A stretch of DNA of 64,000 nucleotides from an uncultured Chloroflexia bacterium (GCA_963813535.1 CAWEZH010000003.1:512001-576000); one strand, 5' to 3'. Counted from the first letter of the stretch, positions 1-10,328 are shown. Notes: generated by a model from the sequence alone, not told the origin. A program made the numbers and translations.

Positions 1-1053
1 CATGCCCGACCTTCCTTCGCGCGCCACCGTGCCGCCGAGGGCCGTGATCCGCTCGCGCATCCCCGTCAGGCCCGCCCCGTCCGGGCCGCCTCCGCCTCGT
101 CCGTCGTCGATGACCTCGAGGACGACCCCGCCGGAGCTATCCGTACCGAGCCGGATGATCGCGTGACTGGCATCGGCGTGGCGCACCACATTCGTCACGG
201 ATTCCCGGAGCGCGAATGCCAAGGCCGATTCGTGTGCGATCGGGAGCGCGGGCAGGGCGACCTCGACCGTCGCCTCGACACCGGCCGCCGCAAGCGCCCG
301 CCGGGCCCCGTCGAGCTCGCCGCGAAGGCCGTGCGCGCGGTAGCCGGCCACCGCCGCGCGCACCTCGGTGAGGGCGTCCCGGCCGATCCGTTCGACGTCG
401 CGCATCTCGTCGCCGGCCCGCGACGGATCGCGCTCCGCCAGGCGCGCCGCCAGCTCGGATTTCACGATGATCACCGACAGCGTGTGTCCCAGCAGATCGT
501 GGAGATCGCGTGCGATCCGCTCCCGTTCCCCGAGAGCGGCAAGCCGTTCGATCTCCTCGTCGGCGCGGCGCAGGCGACGCTCCGCCCGCTGACGCTCGGC
601 ATCGAACAGGTTGGCTGCACCCGTGACGATCGTGAAGACGAGCGCAGGTGCCAGGCCCAGCAACCGCAACGGCAATGGGACGGGCGAGACGACCATCAGG
701 GCAACGAGGAGGCCCACCAGCGCACCGATGACCTGGACCGCACGCCTCGCCGGCTCGAGATATGCGGCGGCGCCGGCTGCGTAGATGACGAAGACGCTCG
801 CGCCGCCATTGATCAGCGAGCCGACCACACCGAGCGCGGCCGTCGCAGCCACGATCAACAACAACTGCCGATCATCGGCGGCGCGGTAGCCGGCGACATA
901 GAGCGGCAGGAACGCGGCGATCAGCAGGGCGACCACGGCCCAGTCGAGCAGACCGGCGGTCGGATCCAGTGCAGGCTGGAAGAAGAGCGCCACCAGGTAG
1001 ACGAGCCAGAGGTAGCGCATCCACCTCGTGCCGTCGGGCGGGCGGTCGCTCAC
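1..1053 (-). CDS. Membrane sensor histidine kinase, HisKA_3 (DesK-like); 3' end runs off the window
   Basis: Manual translation from GTG 1053: MSDRPPDGTRWMRYLWLVYLVALFF..., several TM segments, H-box ERERIARDLHDLLGHTLS, N-box RESVTNVVRHA, G-box DDGRG...GLTGMRER. Absent from the ORF track because it is truncated. Confidence 0.9.
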   Translation of the reverse strand, partial: MSDRPPDGTRWMRYLWLVYLVALFFQPALDPTAGLLDWAVVALLIAAFLPLYVAGYRAADDRQLLLIVAATAALGVVGSLINGGASVFVIYAAGAAAYLEPARRAVQVIGALVGLLVALMVVSPVPLPLRLLGLAPALVFTIVTGAANLFDAERQRAERRLRRADEEIERLAALGERERIARDLHDLLGHTLSVIIVKSELAARLAERDPSRAGDEMRDVERIGRDALTEVRAAVAGYRAHGLRGELDGARRALAAAGVEATVEVALPALPIAHESALAFALRESVTNVVRHADASHAIIRLGTDSSGGVVLEVIDDGRGGGGPDGAGLTGMRERITALGGTVAREGRSGM

Positions 1054-1060
1054 CGCGCTC

Positions 1061-1627
1061 TCATCCGCGGGTTCGCTCCGCATCCAGGCGCCACCGCGCG
1101 GACCAGTGGAGCGCAGGAGACGTGGCCGTCCGCTGACGCGCAGCTCTCGCGAGGATGTAGAGGCCGATGGCGACGACCGGGAGCAGGAAGTCCCAAAGGA
1201 GGATCGGACCGGCATTGTTCGACGACAGGTTCCCCATGCGAATGATGTCCACCACGTGCGTGACGCCGGCACCCCACGCGAAGGCGGATTTGGCCGCGAT
1301 CGCCGGGAGCCAGAAGTCGTACCGCCAGAAGCACGCGAATCCGAGCATCCCGATCGCAAGGTTGGCGAACCCGACCTCCGTCTGGAACGGGTTGCCCTGC
1401 GGCCACCCGATCGTCGCCGCGACATCGTCGGCGAAGACGGTGTGCAACAGCACGTTGGACATGCCGATCGCCCCGGACACGCCGAGCACGTACATCAAGA
1501 CGATCTCGGCCCGACCTGAACGATCACGGCGCCCGGCGTGTCGGACATTGATCGCTGCCGGCACGCTGATGGCGAAGACCCAGACGTAGACCTGCCAGCC
1601 GGGGATGGACGTCAGCGTGTCGATCAT
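1061..1627 (-). CDS. DUF6790-like membrane protein
   Basis: Hydrophobic 188 aa with IGW...PFQTEVGFANLAIG and GN...NAGP motifs. Confidence 0.75.
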   Translation of the reverse strand: MIDTLTSIPGWQVYVWVFAISVPAAINVRHAGRRDRSGRAEIVLMYVLGVSGAIGMSNVLLHTVFADDVAATIGWPQGNPFQTEVGFANLAIGMLGFACFWRYDFWLPAIAAKSAFAWGAGVTHVVDIIRMGNLSSNNAGPILLWDFLLPVVAIGLYILARAARQRTATSPALHWSARWRLDAERTRG

Positions 1628-1654
1628 GATCGGACCTCAGTGGCCATCGACGGC

Positions 1655-2200
1655 CTACGCTCGATCGTACGCCGCACGAAGCCAGCCGATCACCTGATCG
1701 TCGAGCTCATCGGCCGACGAGAGGCGGACTCGATGCGTGCACATGCCGCCCGCCGCCTGCAGCCGGGCTCCTGGCTCCTCGCCCTTGAGATTCAGTCCGA
1801 TCTCGAGCTGGCCACCGGGACCCGGGCCGACGGTTCCGAATTGCTTCGAGCGCCGCAGGCTGACGTAGGCCTTCTTGGGAGCCAGGTCGATGTCGCCACC
1901 GAAGCCCCGGACGAGCGTGATGACGCGGTCATGCAGCGGGCGGATACTCGACTTCGCACCCGAGTACATCGCGTCGACGAGCCCGGCTTCACTCGCCGTT
2001 GGACCGTTTCGCGCTCGCAGTGCGACCAGGTTGGCGTTGCCATGGCTGAAGCCATGCACGTCCTTGAGCCACGCCACGATCTCGCTGTGCCGCTCCATGC
2101 CGGTCGCCTGGACCAGAGCGACCCACGCGTCCATGGAGCGGCCGGTGGCCTGCTCGATGTTCCGCATCTGGCTCTGGAGCGCGTCATCAAGCGTCGCCAT
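1655..2200 (-). CDS. DUF4287/DUF5655 domain protein
   Basis: NIEQATGRS...W...HGFSHGNAN N-domain and PKKAYVSLRRSKQF...EV-like WLRAAYD C-domain; AGGAGG SD just upstream of the ATG. Confidence 0.85.
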   Translation of the reverse strand: MATLDDALQSQMRNIEQATGRSMDAWVALVQATGMERHSEIVAWLKDVHGFSHGNANLVALRARNGPTASEAGLVDAMYSGAKSSIRPLHDRVITLVRGFGGDIDLAPKKAYVSLRRSKQFGTVGPGPGGQLEIGLNLKGEEPGARLQAAGGMCTHRVRLSSADELDDQVIGWLRAAYDRA

Positions 2201-2465
2201 CGATCCGTTCCTCCTGCGCTCTCAGTGCGCCCCACACGAAGCGCACCGCTCCCTGTGTTCCGCGGCCTATCCCGGGATCTCGACCGGGCACGAGCCGACT
2301 GGTCAGTCTGGCGACGCTCCAGCGTCCGCGTCCTTCGAGATCCCGGGCTGGCGGCACTCCCTTGCGCCGAAGCTGCATCAGCAGGGTCCGCTCACGCAAC
2401 CCGTCTCGGACCCGGTCCTCGGCCGCCATCACGGCGTAGTCGGCCCTGTAGTCCACCATACCCAT
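2187..2465 (-). CDS. Possible small hypothetical protein
   Basis: ORF MGMVDYRADYAVMAAEDRVRDGLRER... overlapping the start of the next gene; no recognisable motif; overlaps a structured inverted-repeat element. Confidence 0.3.
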   Translation of the reverse strand: MGMVDYRADYAVMAAEDRVRDGLRERTLLMQLRRKGVPPARDLEGRGRWSVARLTSRLVPGRDPGIGRGTQGAVRFVWGALRAQEERIDGDA

Positions 2466-2697
2466 GTACCTGATCCGCTCCATACCTGATCCGATCGCGC
2501 TATCCGTGTCCGTGGCGGTGGGTCCATCCCGGTCGTCGTGGCCAGGCCCATCTGTGAACACGGACCGATCGTCCTGCGCGCTACCCGTCGGCGGTAGTGA
2601 GCGGTCTCACCCGTTCGCGATGACGATCGTCAGATCGCGCCTGGGATCCCCAAGTACCTCGCTTCACGAGCTCGTCGCAGCCCGGTCGGTGCCCGCG

Positions 2698-2723
2698 TAG
2701 CATGGCGCGTGCAACCGTTTGCA
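2698..2723 (+). promoter_or_regulatory. -10 box TAGCAT plus LacI/GalR-type operator TGCAACCGTTTGCA upstream of the P450
   Basis: TAGCAT at 2698-2703; 2710-2723 fits TGnAAnCGnTTnCA at every defined position. Confidence 0.65.
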
Positions 2724-2737
2724 TAGCGAGGTGAGGC

Positions 2738-3940
2738 ATGGCAGGAGTCGACCAGCTCGCACCCACCGACCCGTCGGTCGTCTGGGATCCGCTCATCCCG
2801 CTCGATGACCCGTATCCGATCTACCGGCGCCTGCGCGATGAGGCGCCCGTGTACCACCACGCCGGTCGGGATCTCTGGGTCCTCTCCCGTTGGGATGATG
2901 TCCAGGCCGCCGCGAAGGACTGGGAGACGTTCTCGAGCAGCGCGGGCGGGACCGGCAACGATGTCGACGACACCTACCAGCTCTTCCTGCCGGCCGGTGA
3001 CCTGCCGGCGGCCGACCCGCCCGTTCACACCAGGCTCCGCGGCGCGCTACGGCTCGCGTTCAGCCCGTCGGCGCTGAGGGTCCGTTTCGAGCCCGCGGTC
3101 CGGGCCAAGGTGACCGAGCTCATCGACGGGTTCGCCGATCAGGGCAGGGCCGACTTCGCGCGGGACCTCGCGCGGCCACTCCCCGGGACCACGATGTTCA
3201 CCTGGTTCGGCTTCCCGGAGTCGGACCATCCGCAGCTCATCGGATGGTTCGGCGACATGCTGGAGCGAACGCCCGGCGAGGCAGCGCTGCCACCGGTCGC
3301 CGTCGCCGCCCGCGACCGGATGCGGGCATACATCGAAGACACCGCGAAGGAGCGGCGGGTGTCGCCCGGCGACGACCTCATGACCCACCTGGTCCGAGCG
3401 GAGGCGGCAGGCGAGCTCAGCAGCGACGAGTTGCTGGGCAGCTCGCTCCTCCTCTTCGTCGCGGGCATCACCACGACGTCGGGCCTCATCTCGAACTCGC
3501 TGCTGCATCTGGCCGGATACCCGCAGGCTCGCGAGACGATGCGGCAGGACCCCGCGACCATCCCTGCCGCGATCGAAGAGCTGCTGCGTTACGAGGCGCC
3601 CATCCAGGCGCTGGTCCGGGCCACGACACGACCGGTGGAGCGGCACGGGACGACGATCCCGGAAGGCGTACGCGTCGTCCTGCTGTGGGCGTCGGCCAAC
3701 CGCGATGAGCGGCATTGGCCGGATCCCGACACTCTCGACATCGGCCGAGCGCCGGTCCGCCACGTCTCGTTCGGCGATGGGATCCACCACTGCCTCGGGG
3801 CGCCGCTGGCCAGGCTCGAGGCGAAGATCGTCCTCGAGGAGTTGCTGCCGCGGATCCCGTCATGGAGCGTCAGCGGGCCGATCCGCAGGCTGCCGACACC
3901 CACCGATCGCGGCCTGGAGAGCCTGCCGGTCGAGTTCTAG
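2738..3940 (+). CDS. Cytochrome P450
   Basis: DPPVHTRLR, I-helix FVAGITTT, K-helix EELLR (ExxR), heme loop FGDGIHHCLG; GAGG SD. Confidence 0.97.
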   Translation: MAGVDQLAPTDPSVVWDPLIPLDDPYPIYRRLRDEAPVYHHAGRDLWVLSRWDDVQAAAKDWETFSSSAGGTGNDVDDTYQLFLPAGDLPAADPPVHTRLRGALRLAFSPSALRVRFEPAVRAKVTELIDGFADQGRADFARDLARPLPGTTMFTWFGFPESDHPQLIGWFGDMLERTPGEAALPPVAVAARDRMRAYIEDTAKERRVSPGDDLMTHLVRAEAAGELSSDELLGSSLLLFVAGITTTSGLISNSLLHLAGYPQARETMRQDPATIPAAIEELLRYEAPIQALVRATTRPVERHGTTIPEGVRVVLLWASANRDERHWPDPDTLDIGRAPVRHVSFGDGIHHCLGAPLARLEAKIVLEELLPRIPSWSVSGPIRRLPTPTDRGLESLPVEF

Positions 3941-4040
3941 GGGACACGTGACGGACAGCGTCACGCATCGCCACCTCGGCGCGTCGTAGGTCAAGACGCC
4001 GGGCGGTCACTGGCAGGCTGATCGATCGCCCGGCGTCCCC

Positions 4041-5471
4041 ATGTCCGCCATCCAGGGCGGGTCCGGCCCGCGGCAGCCTCGGGTAGACTCGGCCGGACCC
4101 GACACAGTCAGGGGGATCTCGCCCGTCGTGCACGCAACCCGGATCCGGACAGCCCCGTCGTCCGGACCCATCGACCGCCGCCGGCTCTTCGCCGCCGGTC
4201 TGTCGGCCATCGTTCCCGGTCTCGGTCAGGCGTTCAATGGGCGGCGCAGGCTCACAGCCCTCTTCCTGATCCCATCCCTGCTGATCGGCGGGGTCGCACT
4301 GCTCATCTGGGCGACACAGACCCCGACCCGGATCGCCGCGTGGGCGATCGCACCGGCGGTGCTCGGCGGGTTGCTGACGCTCAATGCGCTGATCCTGGCC
4401 TGGCGGCTTCTGGCCGTCGGCCAGGCCTACCTCGATACGCGACGGCATGGCCCGACCGGACGCCTCGGAATCATCGGCGTCGCTGTCATCGCCCTGCTCG
4501 TCGTGGTCCCGCACATCGCCGTCTTCCGGTACGGGACGGCGTTCGGCGATGCCTTCGCGCGCGTCTTCCAGACCCCGAGCCTCGCGGCCGACGGCGAGAC
4601 CCCGCCTGCCGGTCCCGGTGCGGACGAGCGGGTCAACGTCCTGGTGCTGGGCGTCGATGCGGCGCCCGGACGGTCTGCCGTCCTCACCGACACGATGATG
4701 GTCGTGTCGTTCGATCCGGTCGGGAAGACGGCATCGATGGTGTCGCTCCCACGCGACCTCGTGAACGTCCCGCTGGGCGGCGGCGACGACTTCGGCCCGA
4801 AGCTCAACTCGCTGATGTCCTACGCCGACCGCCACCCGAAGGACTTCCCGAAGGGCGGTCTGCGGACACTGCAGAGCGCCATCGGTGAGCTGCTCGGCAT
4901 CCCGATCCACTACCACGCGACGATGGAGTTCGAAGGCTTCATCGACATGGTCGACGCGGTCGGCGGCGTGGACATCACCGTGGCCAAGGCGATCGACGAT
5001 CCGGGCTATGACGGCTTTGGCGCCGATGGACGCGGCTGGTCGATCACGAAGGGCCGCCACCACCTCGACGGCGTCGACGCGCTGGCCTATGCACGCAGCC
5101 GCAAGTCGGCCGGGGAGAGCGACTTCACACGGGCGGGGCGCCAGCAGCAGATCATCGTCGCGCTGAAGGATGCCGCGACGGACGGCGGGAGCATCTTCTG
5201 GGAGCTGCCGGGTCTCATCGGCGCGGTCGGGGACTCGATCCGCACCGACCTGCCGATCGAGCGGCTGCCCCAGCTGGCCGTGTCGATCGACGAGATGCGC
5301 GATGGCGGCATCACCCGAGCCATCATCCGCCACCCGCTGGTCCGCTCGGTCGACACCCGCTACGGGTCGTCACTGATGCCCGACCTGCCGGCCATCCGCG
5401 CCGTCGCGGCCAAGCTCTTCCCGACGCCGGGCACCGAACCGGAGCCCTGGCCGACGCCAGAGCCGTCGTAG
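4041..5471 (+). CDS. LCP (LytR-CpsA-Psr) family protein with N-terminal TM helices
   Basis: VNVLVLGVD, TDTMMVVS, SLPRD, KLNS, ALAYARSR, DFTRAGRQQQII; start position uncertain. Confidence 0.93.
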   Translation: MSAIQGGSGPRQPRVDSAGPDTVRGISPVVHATRIRTAPSSGPIDRRRLFAAGLSAIVPGLGQAFNGRRRLTALFLIPSLLIGGVALLIWATQTPTRIAAWAIAPAVLGGLLTLNALILAWRLLAVGQAYLDTRRHGPTGRLGIIGVAVIALLVVVPHIAVFRYGTAFGDAFARVFQTPSLAADGETPPAGPGADERVNVLVLGVDAAPGRSAVLTDTMMVVSFDPVGKTASMVSLPRDLVNVPLGGGDDFGPKLNSLMSYADRHPKDFPKGGLRTLQSAIGELLGIPIHYHATMEFEGFIDMVDAVGGVDITVAKAIDDPGYDGFGADGRGWSITKGRHHLDGVDALAYARSRKSAGESDFTRAGRQQQIIVALKDAATDGGSIFWELPGLIGAVGDSIRTDLPIERLPQLAVSIDEMRDGGITRAIIRHPLVRSVDTRYGSSLMPDLPAIRAVAAKLFPTPGTEPEPWPTPEPS

Positions 5472-5493
5472 GCCCGTCGGTCGCTGCGGTGAG

Positions 5494-6063
5494 CTAGAGA
5501 CCGGTCTCCCAGCGACCGGGCGGCGGCCGCCACGCCGCGAATGCATCGAGCAGGGCGCCGAGCGAGTCCGCCCGGGTGACCAACCGGCGATGGGCCGGTG
5601 CCACGAACCCCTCGGCGACGGCCATGTCCAGCCAGGCGAGCAGCAGCGTCCAGTAGTCGCCGACCTCGAGCAGCCCGATCGGCTTCGCATGCAGCTCCAG
5701 CTGTGCCCACGAAACGACCTCGGCGAGCTCCTCCAGCGTGCCGAGCCCGCCCGGCAGCGCGATGAAGGCATCGGCCAGGTCGGCCATCAGGGCCTTGCGC
5801 TCGTGCAATGAATCGACGACATGGAGCTCGGTCAGGCCAGGGTGGGCGAGCTCGCGGTCGACCAGCCCCTGCGGGATGACCCCGATCACCTCGCCGCCGG
5901 CATCGAGCGCGGCATCGGCGACGGCGCCCATCAACCCGACCCGGCCACCGCCGTACACCACGCCGATGCCGCGCTGGGCAAGCCCCGCGCCGACCTCCCG
6001 CGCCGCCTCGAGGTAGCGCGGCTCGTTGCCCGGGCTGGCGCCGCAGAACACGCAGATGCGCAC
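5494..6063 (-). CDS. LOG family protein (TIGR00730-type nucleotide phosphoribohydrolase)
   Basis: [30 protein letters not shown] motif. Confidence 0.95.
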   Translation of the reverse strand: MRICVFCGASPGNEPRYLEAAREVGAGLAQRGIGVVYGGGRVGLMGAVADAALDAGGEVIGVIPQGLVDRELAHPGLTELHVVDSLHERKALMADLADAFIALPGGLGTLEELAEVVSWAQLELHAKPIGLLEVGDYWTLLLAWLDMAVAEGFVAPAHRRLVTRADSLGALLDAFAAWRPPPGRWETGL

Positions 6064-6066
6064 GCC

Positions 6067-6678
6067 TCAGAATCCGCGCTCGGCGAGATGCGGCGCCATC
6101 TCGCGGGCCGCCCGGGCGCGGTGCGAGATCCGGTTCTTCTCCACGGCGGTCCACTGCCCGAACGTGCGGCCACCCGGCGGCTCTCCCTCCGGCTCGAAGA
6201 TCGGGTCGTACCCGAAGCCGCCGGAACCGCGTGGCGACGTGGCGATCCGTCCTTCGCAGACGCCACGGGCGAAGACCAGCGGCTCGTTCGGCATCGCCAG
6301 CGCCAGGACGCAGACGTAGCGCGCCCGCCGCTCGTTCGTCGGGCGCTCAGCCAGCGCCCCCAGCAGCTTCGTGTTGTTGTCGTCGTCGGTCGCCTGCTCC
6401 CCGGCGTACCGGCGCGTCCGGACGCCCGGGCCACCACCCAGGGCCTCGACCTCGATCCCGGAGTCGTCCGCCAGCGTCGGCAGACCGGTCGCCTCGAGAC
6501 CGAACCGAGCCTTGATCGCGGCATTCGCCTCGAACGTCTCGCCGTCCTCGACCGGCTCGCCCGCCACGCCGGCTTCGTCCAGCGTGAGCAGTTCGCCATC
6601 CCGCAGCTGCAGCAGCTCGCGCAACTCGCGCAGCTTGTGTTCGCTCCGGGTGGCCACCAACAGTCGAGGTGGGGTCAC
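6067..6678 (-). CDS. rdgB: RdgB/HAM1 dITP/XTP pyrophosphatase
   Basis: [48 protein letters not shown]; GTG start overlaps the corrected rph stop (GTGA). Confidence 0.93.
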   Translation of the reverse strand: MTPPRLLVATRSEHKLRELRELLQLRDGELLTLDEAGVAGEPVEDGETFEANAAIKARFGLEATGLPTLADDSGIEVEALGGGPGVRTRRYAGEQATDDDNNTKLLGALAERPTNERRARYVCVLALAMPNEPLVFARGVCEGRIATSPRGSGGFGYDPIFEPEGEPPGGRTFGQWTAVEKNRISHRARAAREMAPHLAERGF

Positions 6679-7410
6679 CGTCGGACCGTGGCGAGCACCT
6701 CGGCCTGCGCGGCGAACAGCGTCGCCAGGCCCTCGTCGGCGAGATCGAGCATCGACGACATCGCCGCGCCGATCGAACGGCCGGCCCTCGGCCGTGCCCT
6801 GCAGTTCGACGTAGGTGCTGGCATCGGTCCCGACGACGTTCATGTCGACCTCGGCGCGAGAGTCCTCGCTGTAGTCGAGGTCGAGGTACGTCACGCCATC
6901 GACGATGCCGACCGACACGGCGGCGACCTTGGACACCAGCAGCCGCTCCATGCCGTAGGTGATGAGCGCCATCCCCAGCGCGACGTAGCCACCGGTGATC
7001 GACGCGGTCCGCGTGCCGCCATCGGCCTGGAGCACGTCGCAGTCGACGGTGATCGTTCGCTCGCCGAGGCGCGTCAGGTCGACGACCCCGCGCAGCGAGC
7101 GGCCGATGAGGCGCTGGATCTCGTGGGTGCGGCCACCGATCCGGCCCTTCGCCGATTCGCGATCCGATCGCTCGGCGGTGGCCCGCGGCAGCATCGAGTA
7201 CTCGGCCGTGACCCAGCCGGTCCCCTTGCCGCGGAGGTGCGGCGGCACGCGGTCCGCGATGGTCGCCGCGCACAGGACCTGGGTGTCACCGAACCGGACG
7301 AGGCACGAGCCCTCGGCCCACTTCTGGACGCCCAGCTCGAACCTGATCGGCCGGAGGTCGCGGGGACCTCGGCCGTCGGCGCGCGTGGTCGGTGGATTGC
7401 CGATGGTCAT
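6675..7410 (-). CDS. rph: Ribonuclease PH, with an apparent +1 frameshift near 6770
   Basis: [64 protein letters not shown]; the typical C-terminal helix [25 protein letters not shown] lies in the +1 frame and ends at TGA 6675. Confidence 0.93.
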
Positions 7411-8579
7411 GTCGTCACCCTCTCCTCCGCCTTGGCGGTATCCCACAGTTCGTCGAGCGCCTCGAAATCGAGGTCGCGCAGGGCGACGCCGCGCTCGGCT
7501 GCCAGCGATTCGACCCGCCCGAATCGTCGCCGGAATTTGGCGTTCGCGGCGCGCAGCGCCGACTCGGCCTCGATGCCGCGCTTGCGGGCGACATTGACGA
7601 GCACGAACAACAGGTCCCCGAGCTCCTCGGCCCAGGCCCCCGGATCGGCGTCGTCGGCTTCGGCCTCGCGCAGCTCCTCGGTCTCCTCGACGACCTTGTC
7701 GAGCACACCGTCGATCGACGGCCAGTCGTACCCGATGTTCGCAGCCCGTTCCTGCATCTCCTGGCTGGCGGCGAGCGCCGGGAGCGATCCCGAGATCCCG
7801 TCCAGCGCGCCCTTGGCCGCGGCTCCGTCCGCCTCACCCTCGCGTTCGGCCGCCTTGATCCGCTCCCACTGGCGGTTCACGTCCGACGCGGTGCGAGCTT
7901 CTGCGTCACCGAAGACGTGGGGGTGCCGCCGGACGATCTTGGTCGCGATCGCGGCCTGCACGTCGGTCAGGTCGAAGACGCCGGCCTCGGCCGCCAGCTG
8001 GGCGTGCAGGACGATCTGCAGCCACAGGTCGCCGAGCTCGCCGGCCAGCTCCGGCGTGGCGCCCGCCTCGAGCGCGTCGTAGACCTCGTACGCCTCCTCG
8101 AGCAGGTGGCTGCGCAGGGTCTGGTGCGTCTGCTCGCGATCCCACGGGCAGCCGTCGGGTGCGCGGAGGCGGTCGCTGATGGCCGGCATCGCCCACGGCC
8201 CGAACACCGCGGCCTGGGGCTCGAGCGGTGCGAGGTAGAAGGGCGCCACCAGGTCGTCGTCGGTCAGTGCCGCCACCGTCGTCGGCGGTGCCGTACCGAA
8301 GCGTCCGACGGGGTGCTCCCCCGGATAGGCCCGGGCGAGGACGTCCAGGGCGCGCCGGCCGCGCGGCCCGTGGCGGCCCGGCAGCGGCGTGACCACGTCA
8401 CTCGCCGCGCCCGCGACCGGCGGACCCCCGGCGTGCAGCATCGCGATCGGGACGACCAATGCAGGTCGAGACGGCTCGAGCGGTGTGCCGACGAGCCGTT
8501 CGCTGGCGATGACCTGCAGGCCGGCGGCCGGATCGAGGCCGAACCGGAGTCGCGCCTCGGTGACGAGGGCGTCCAGCAC
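7407..8579 (-). CDS. mazG: MazG nucleoside triphosphate pyrophosphohydrolase with N-terminal extension (YabN-like)
   Basis: [46 protein letters not shown]. Confidence 0.93.
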   Translation of the reverse strand: MLDALVTEARLRFGLDPAAGLQVIASERLVGTPLEPSRPALVVPIAMLHAGGPPVAGAASDVVTPLPGRHGPRGRRALDVLARAYPGEHPVGRFGTAPPTTVAALTDDDLVAPFYLAPLEPQAAVFGPWAMPAISDRLRAPDGCPWDREQTHQTLRSHLLEEAYEVYDALEAGATPELAGELGDLWLQIVLHAQLAAEAGVFDLTDVQAAIATKIVRRHPHVFGDAEARTASDVNRQWERIKAAEREGEADGAAAKGALDGISGSLPALAASQEMQERAANIGYDWPSIDGVLDKVVEETEELREAEADDADPGAWAEELGDLLFVLVNVARKRGIEAESALRAANAKFRRRFGRVESLAAERGVALRDLDFEALDELWDTAKAEERVTT

Positions 8580-8585
8580 CTCTGC

Positions 8586-10328
8586 CTAACCGGCCGTCCC
8601 GGAGGTGATCAACTCGTCGCGCTCGATCGTCACGGCATCCTTCTTGGGCTGGTACCAGTCCGAGAACAGCCGCGAGCGGATCTCCTCGAGCTGGCGCCCC
8701 TCGGCGGTCCGCTCCTCCTCGGCGGTGACGAGGAACAGGTACTGGCCGTCATCCTCGACCGCCACGACGTCCGAGGTCTTGCCGATCGGGGCCGCGAAGA
8801 TCGCGGTGGTCTTGGGCGTCTCGAGCTGGCCGTTGGCGATCCAGCCGAGATCGCCACCACGGGACGCCTCCTGGCCCTCGGACACGTCGCGTGCGATCTC
8901 GGCGAAGTCGGCACTGCCGGCGTCCACGCGTCGCTTGATGTCGGCCAGGTCGGGCGCATGGCTGATGACCTGGACGATGTGGTAGCCGAACTCCGTCTTG
9001 ATGGGCGCCAGCAGCTGGCCATCGGTCGGCTTGGCGTCGAGGATCGGCTTCGAGAAGCTCGGGACGTAGCTGCTGTCGGCGCTGACGTACGCCTCGAGGA
9101 CGCCGCCACTCCCCTGCGGGCCACGGGCGCTCTCCTCGTCGCTGACCTCGCGGGCCAGTGCGTCGAACCCGTCGACGTCGTTCTTGAGCCGGACATAGGC
9201 AGCATCGGCGTCCAGCTTGGCCTGGCCCCACGACGGATCGTCCGGCGGGATCTCACCGTTGCTCGCCGCCTGGGCATCGTCCTTCGGCGAGAACAGGATG
9301 TGGCGGACCTTGACCGCGTCGTCCGGAAGCTCGACCGTCTCCTGGCTCAGGTAGATCTGCGCCGCCTCGCGCTGGGGAGCGGGCTTGCTCGCGTCCGCCA
9401 CGAGCTTGTCCTCGAGCTTCGTCCGGACGACGTCCCCGCGGACGACGTTGCGGTACTTCGCGAGGTCGATGCCGTCGTTGACGAGCGTCTCCTGGTAGGC
9501 ATCGTCGACGGCCTCCGGCGCGATCTCGGTCACCCGGCCGATCCGGAAGATGCCGTCGTCGCCCTGGACGACGTCGGTCGGCGCGTTCGCGGCCGCACCG
9601 AACACGGCCGTCATGAACGCCTCGTCGAGCTGGGTGCCCTCCTTGGCCAGCCAGCCAAGATCGCCCGCCTGCGGCGCGGTGGCGCTGTCGGTGGACACGG
9701 TCCGGGCCACGTCCTCCCACTTCTTGCCGCCCTTGATGTCGGCGAGGGCCTTGTCGATCGTGGCGCGAGCGGCGGCCGTCTGCTCCGCGGTCGGCTCGGC
9801 CGCTCCCGTGTCGAGCGTCGGCTTGACCTCGATCTGCCAGACATGACGCGATTCCTTGGTCGTGGCCTCCTCGAGGAGCTTGGCGTCGATGTCCTCGTCG
9901 CTGACGCTCACGCCTTCCTCGCCGGCCAGGCCGGCCTGGATCCGGTTGTCGATGATGCGCTCGAGCGAGCTCGGCACCAGATCCTGGCGCTGCTGATCGA
10001 TGAACTGGGTCTGCAGCTCGGCCTGGCTCGGGGTCAGCTGCCCGGCGGCGACCTGCGTGCTGATGCGGCGCCCGGCGATCTCGAGGCGCCAGCCCTCGAT
10101 CTCGGATCGCTCGCGGAGCTCGTCCTTGGTGATCGACTGGCCGTTGACGCTCCCGACCGGTGCCAGGTGGTCGTTGTAGTAACTGAGGATGACGGCGACG
10201 CCCAGGATGGCGACCGCCGCCACGACGGCAAGGCCGAAACCCAGGTTGAGGTAGAAGTTGCGGCGGTCGCGGCTGTCCCATGACGGTCTATGGACACGCT
10301 TCACGATCGGCCTGGCTCGAAAAGTCAT
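8586..10328 (-). CDS. Membrane-anchored SurA/PrsA-like peptidyl-prolyl isomerase with multiple parvulin domains
   Basis: Start MTFRARPIVK; N-terminal TM; SVNGQSIT; repeated GDLGW and RHIL/FGYHIVQV parvulin motifs. Confidence 0.88.
   Translation of the reverse strand: MTFRARPIVKRVHRPSWDSRDRRNFYLNLGFGLAVVAAVAILGVAVILSYYNDHLAPVGSVNGQSITKDELRERSEIEGWRLEIAGRRISTQVAAGQLTPSQAELQTQFIDQQRQDLVPSSLERIIDNRIQAGLAGEEGVSVSDEDIDAKLLEEATTKESRHVWQIEVKPTLDTGAAEPTAEQTAAARATIDKALADIKGGKKWEDVARTVSTDSATAPQAGDLGWLAKEGTQLDEAFMTAVFGAAANAPTDVVQGDDGIFRIGRVTEIAPEAVDDAYQETLVNDGIDLAKYRNVVRGDVVRTKLEDKLVADASKPAPQREAAQIYLSQETVELPDDAVKVRHILFSPKDDAQAASNGEIPPDDPSWGQAKLDADAAYVRLKNDVDGFDALAREVSDEESARGPQGSGGVLEAYVSADSSYVPSFSKPILDAKPTDGQLLAPIKTEFGYHIVQVISHAPDLADIKRRVDAGSADFAEIARDVSEGQEASRGGDLGWIANGQLETPKTTAIFAAPIGKTSDVVAVEDDGQYLFLVTAEEERTAEGRQLEEIRSRLFSDWYQPKKDAVTIERDELITSGTAG

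Noticed and set aside
163-1245. 360-aa plus-strand ORF
   Set aside because: Antisense shadow of the minus-strand histidine kinase, which has clear H, N and G boxes
2738-3940. P450 as part of a RiPP or other secondary-metabolite cluster
   Set aside because: No credible precursor peptide, NRPS/PKS or tailoring genes adjacent; flanked by unrelated genes
5821-10283. Very long plus-strand ORFs (753 aa at 5821-8082; 963 aa at 7392-10283)
   Set aside because: Antisense shadows of rdgB/rph/mazG/PPIase; stop-poor reverse frames are expected at this GC content and they show no motifs
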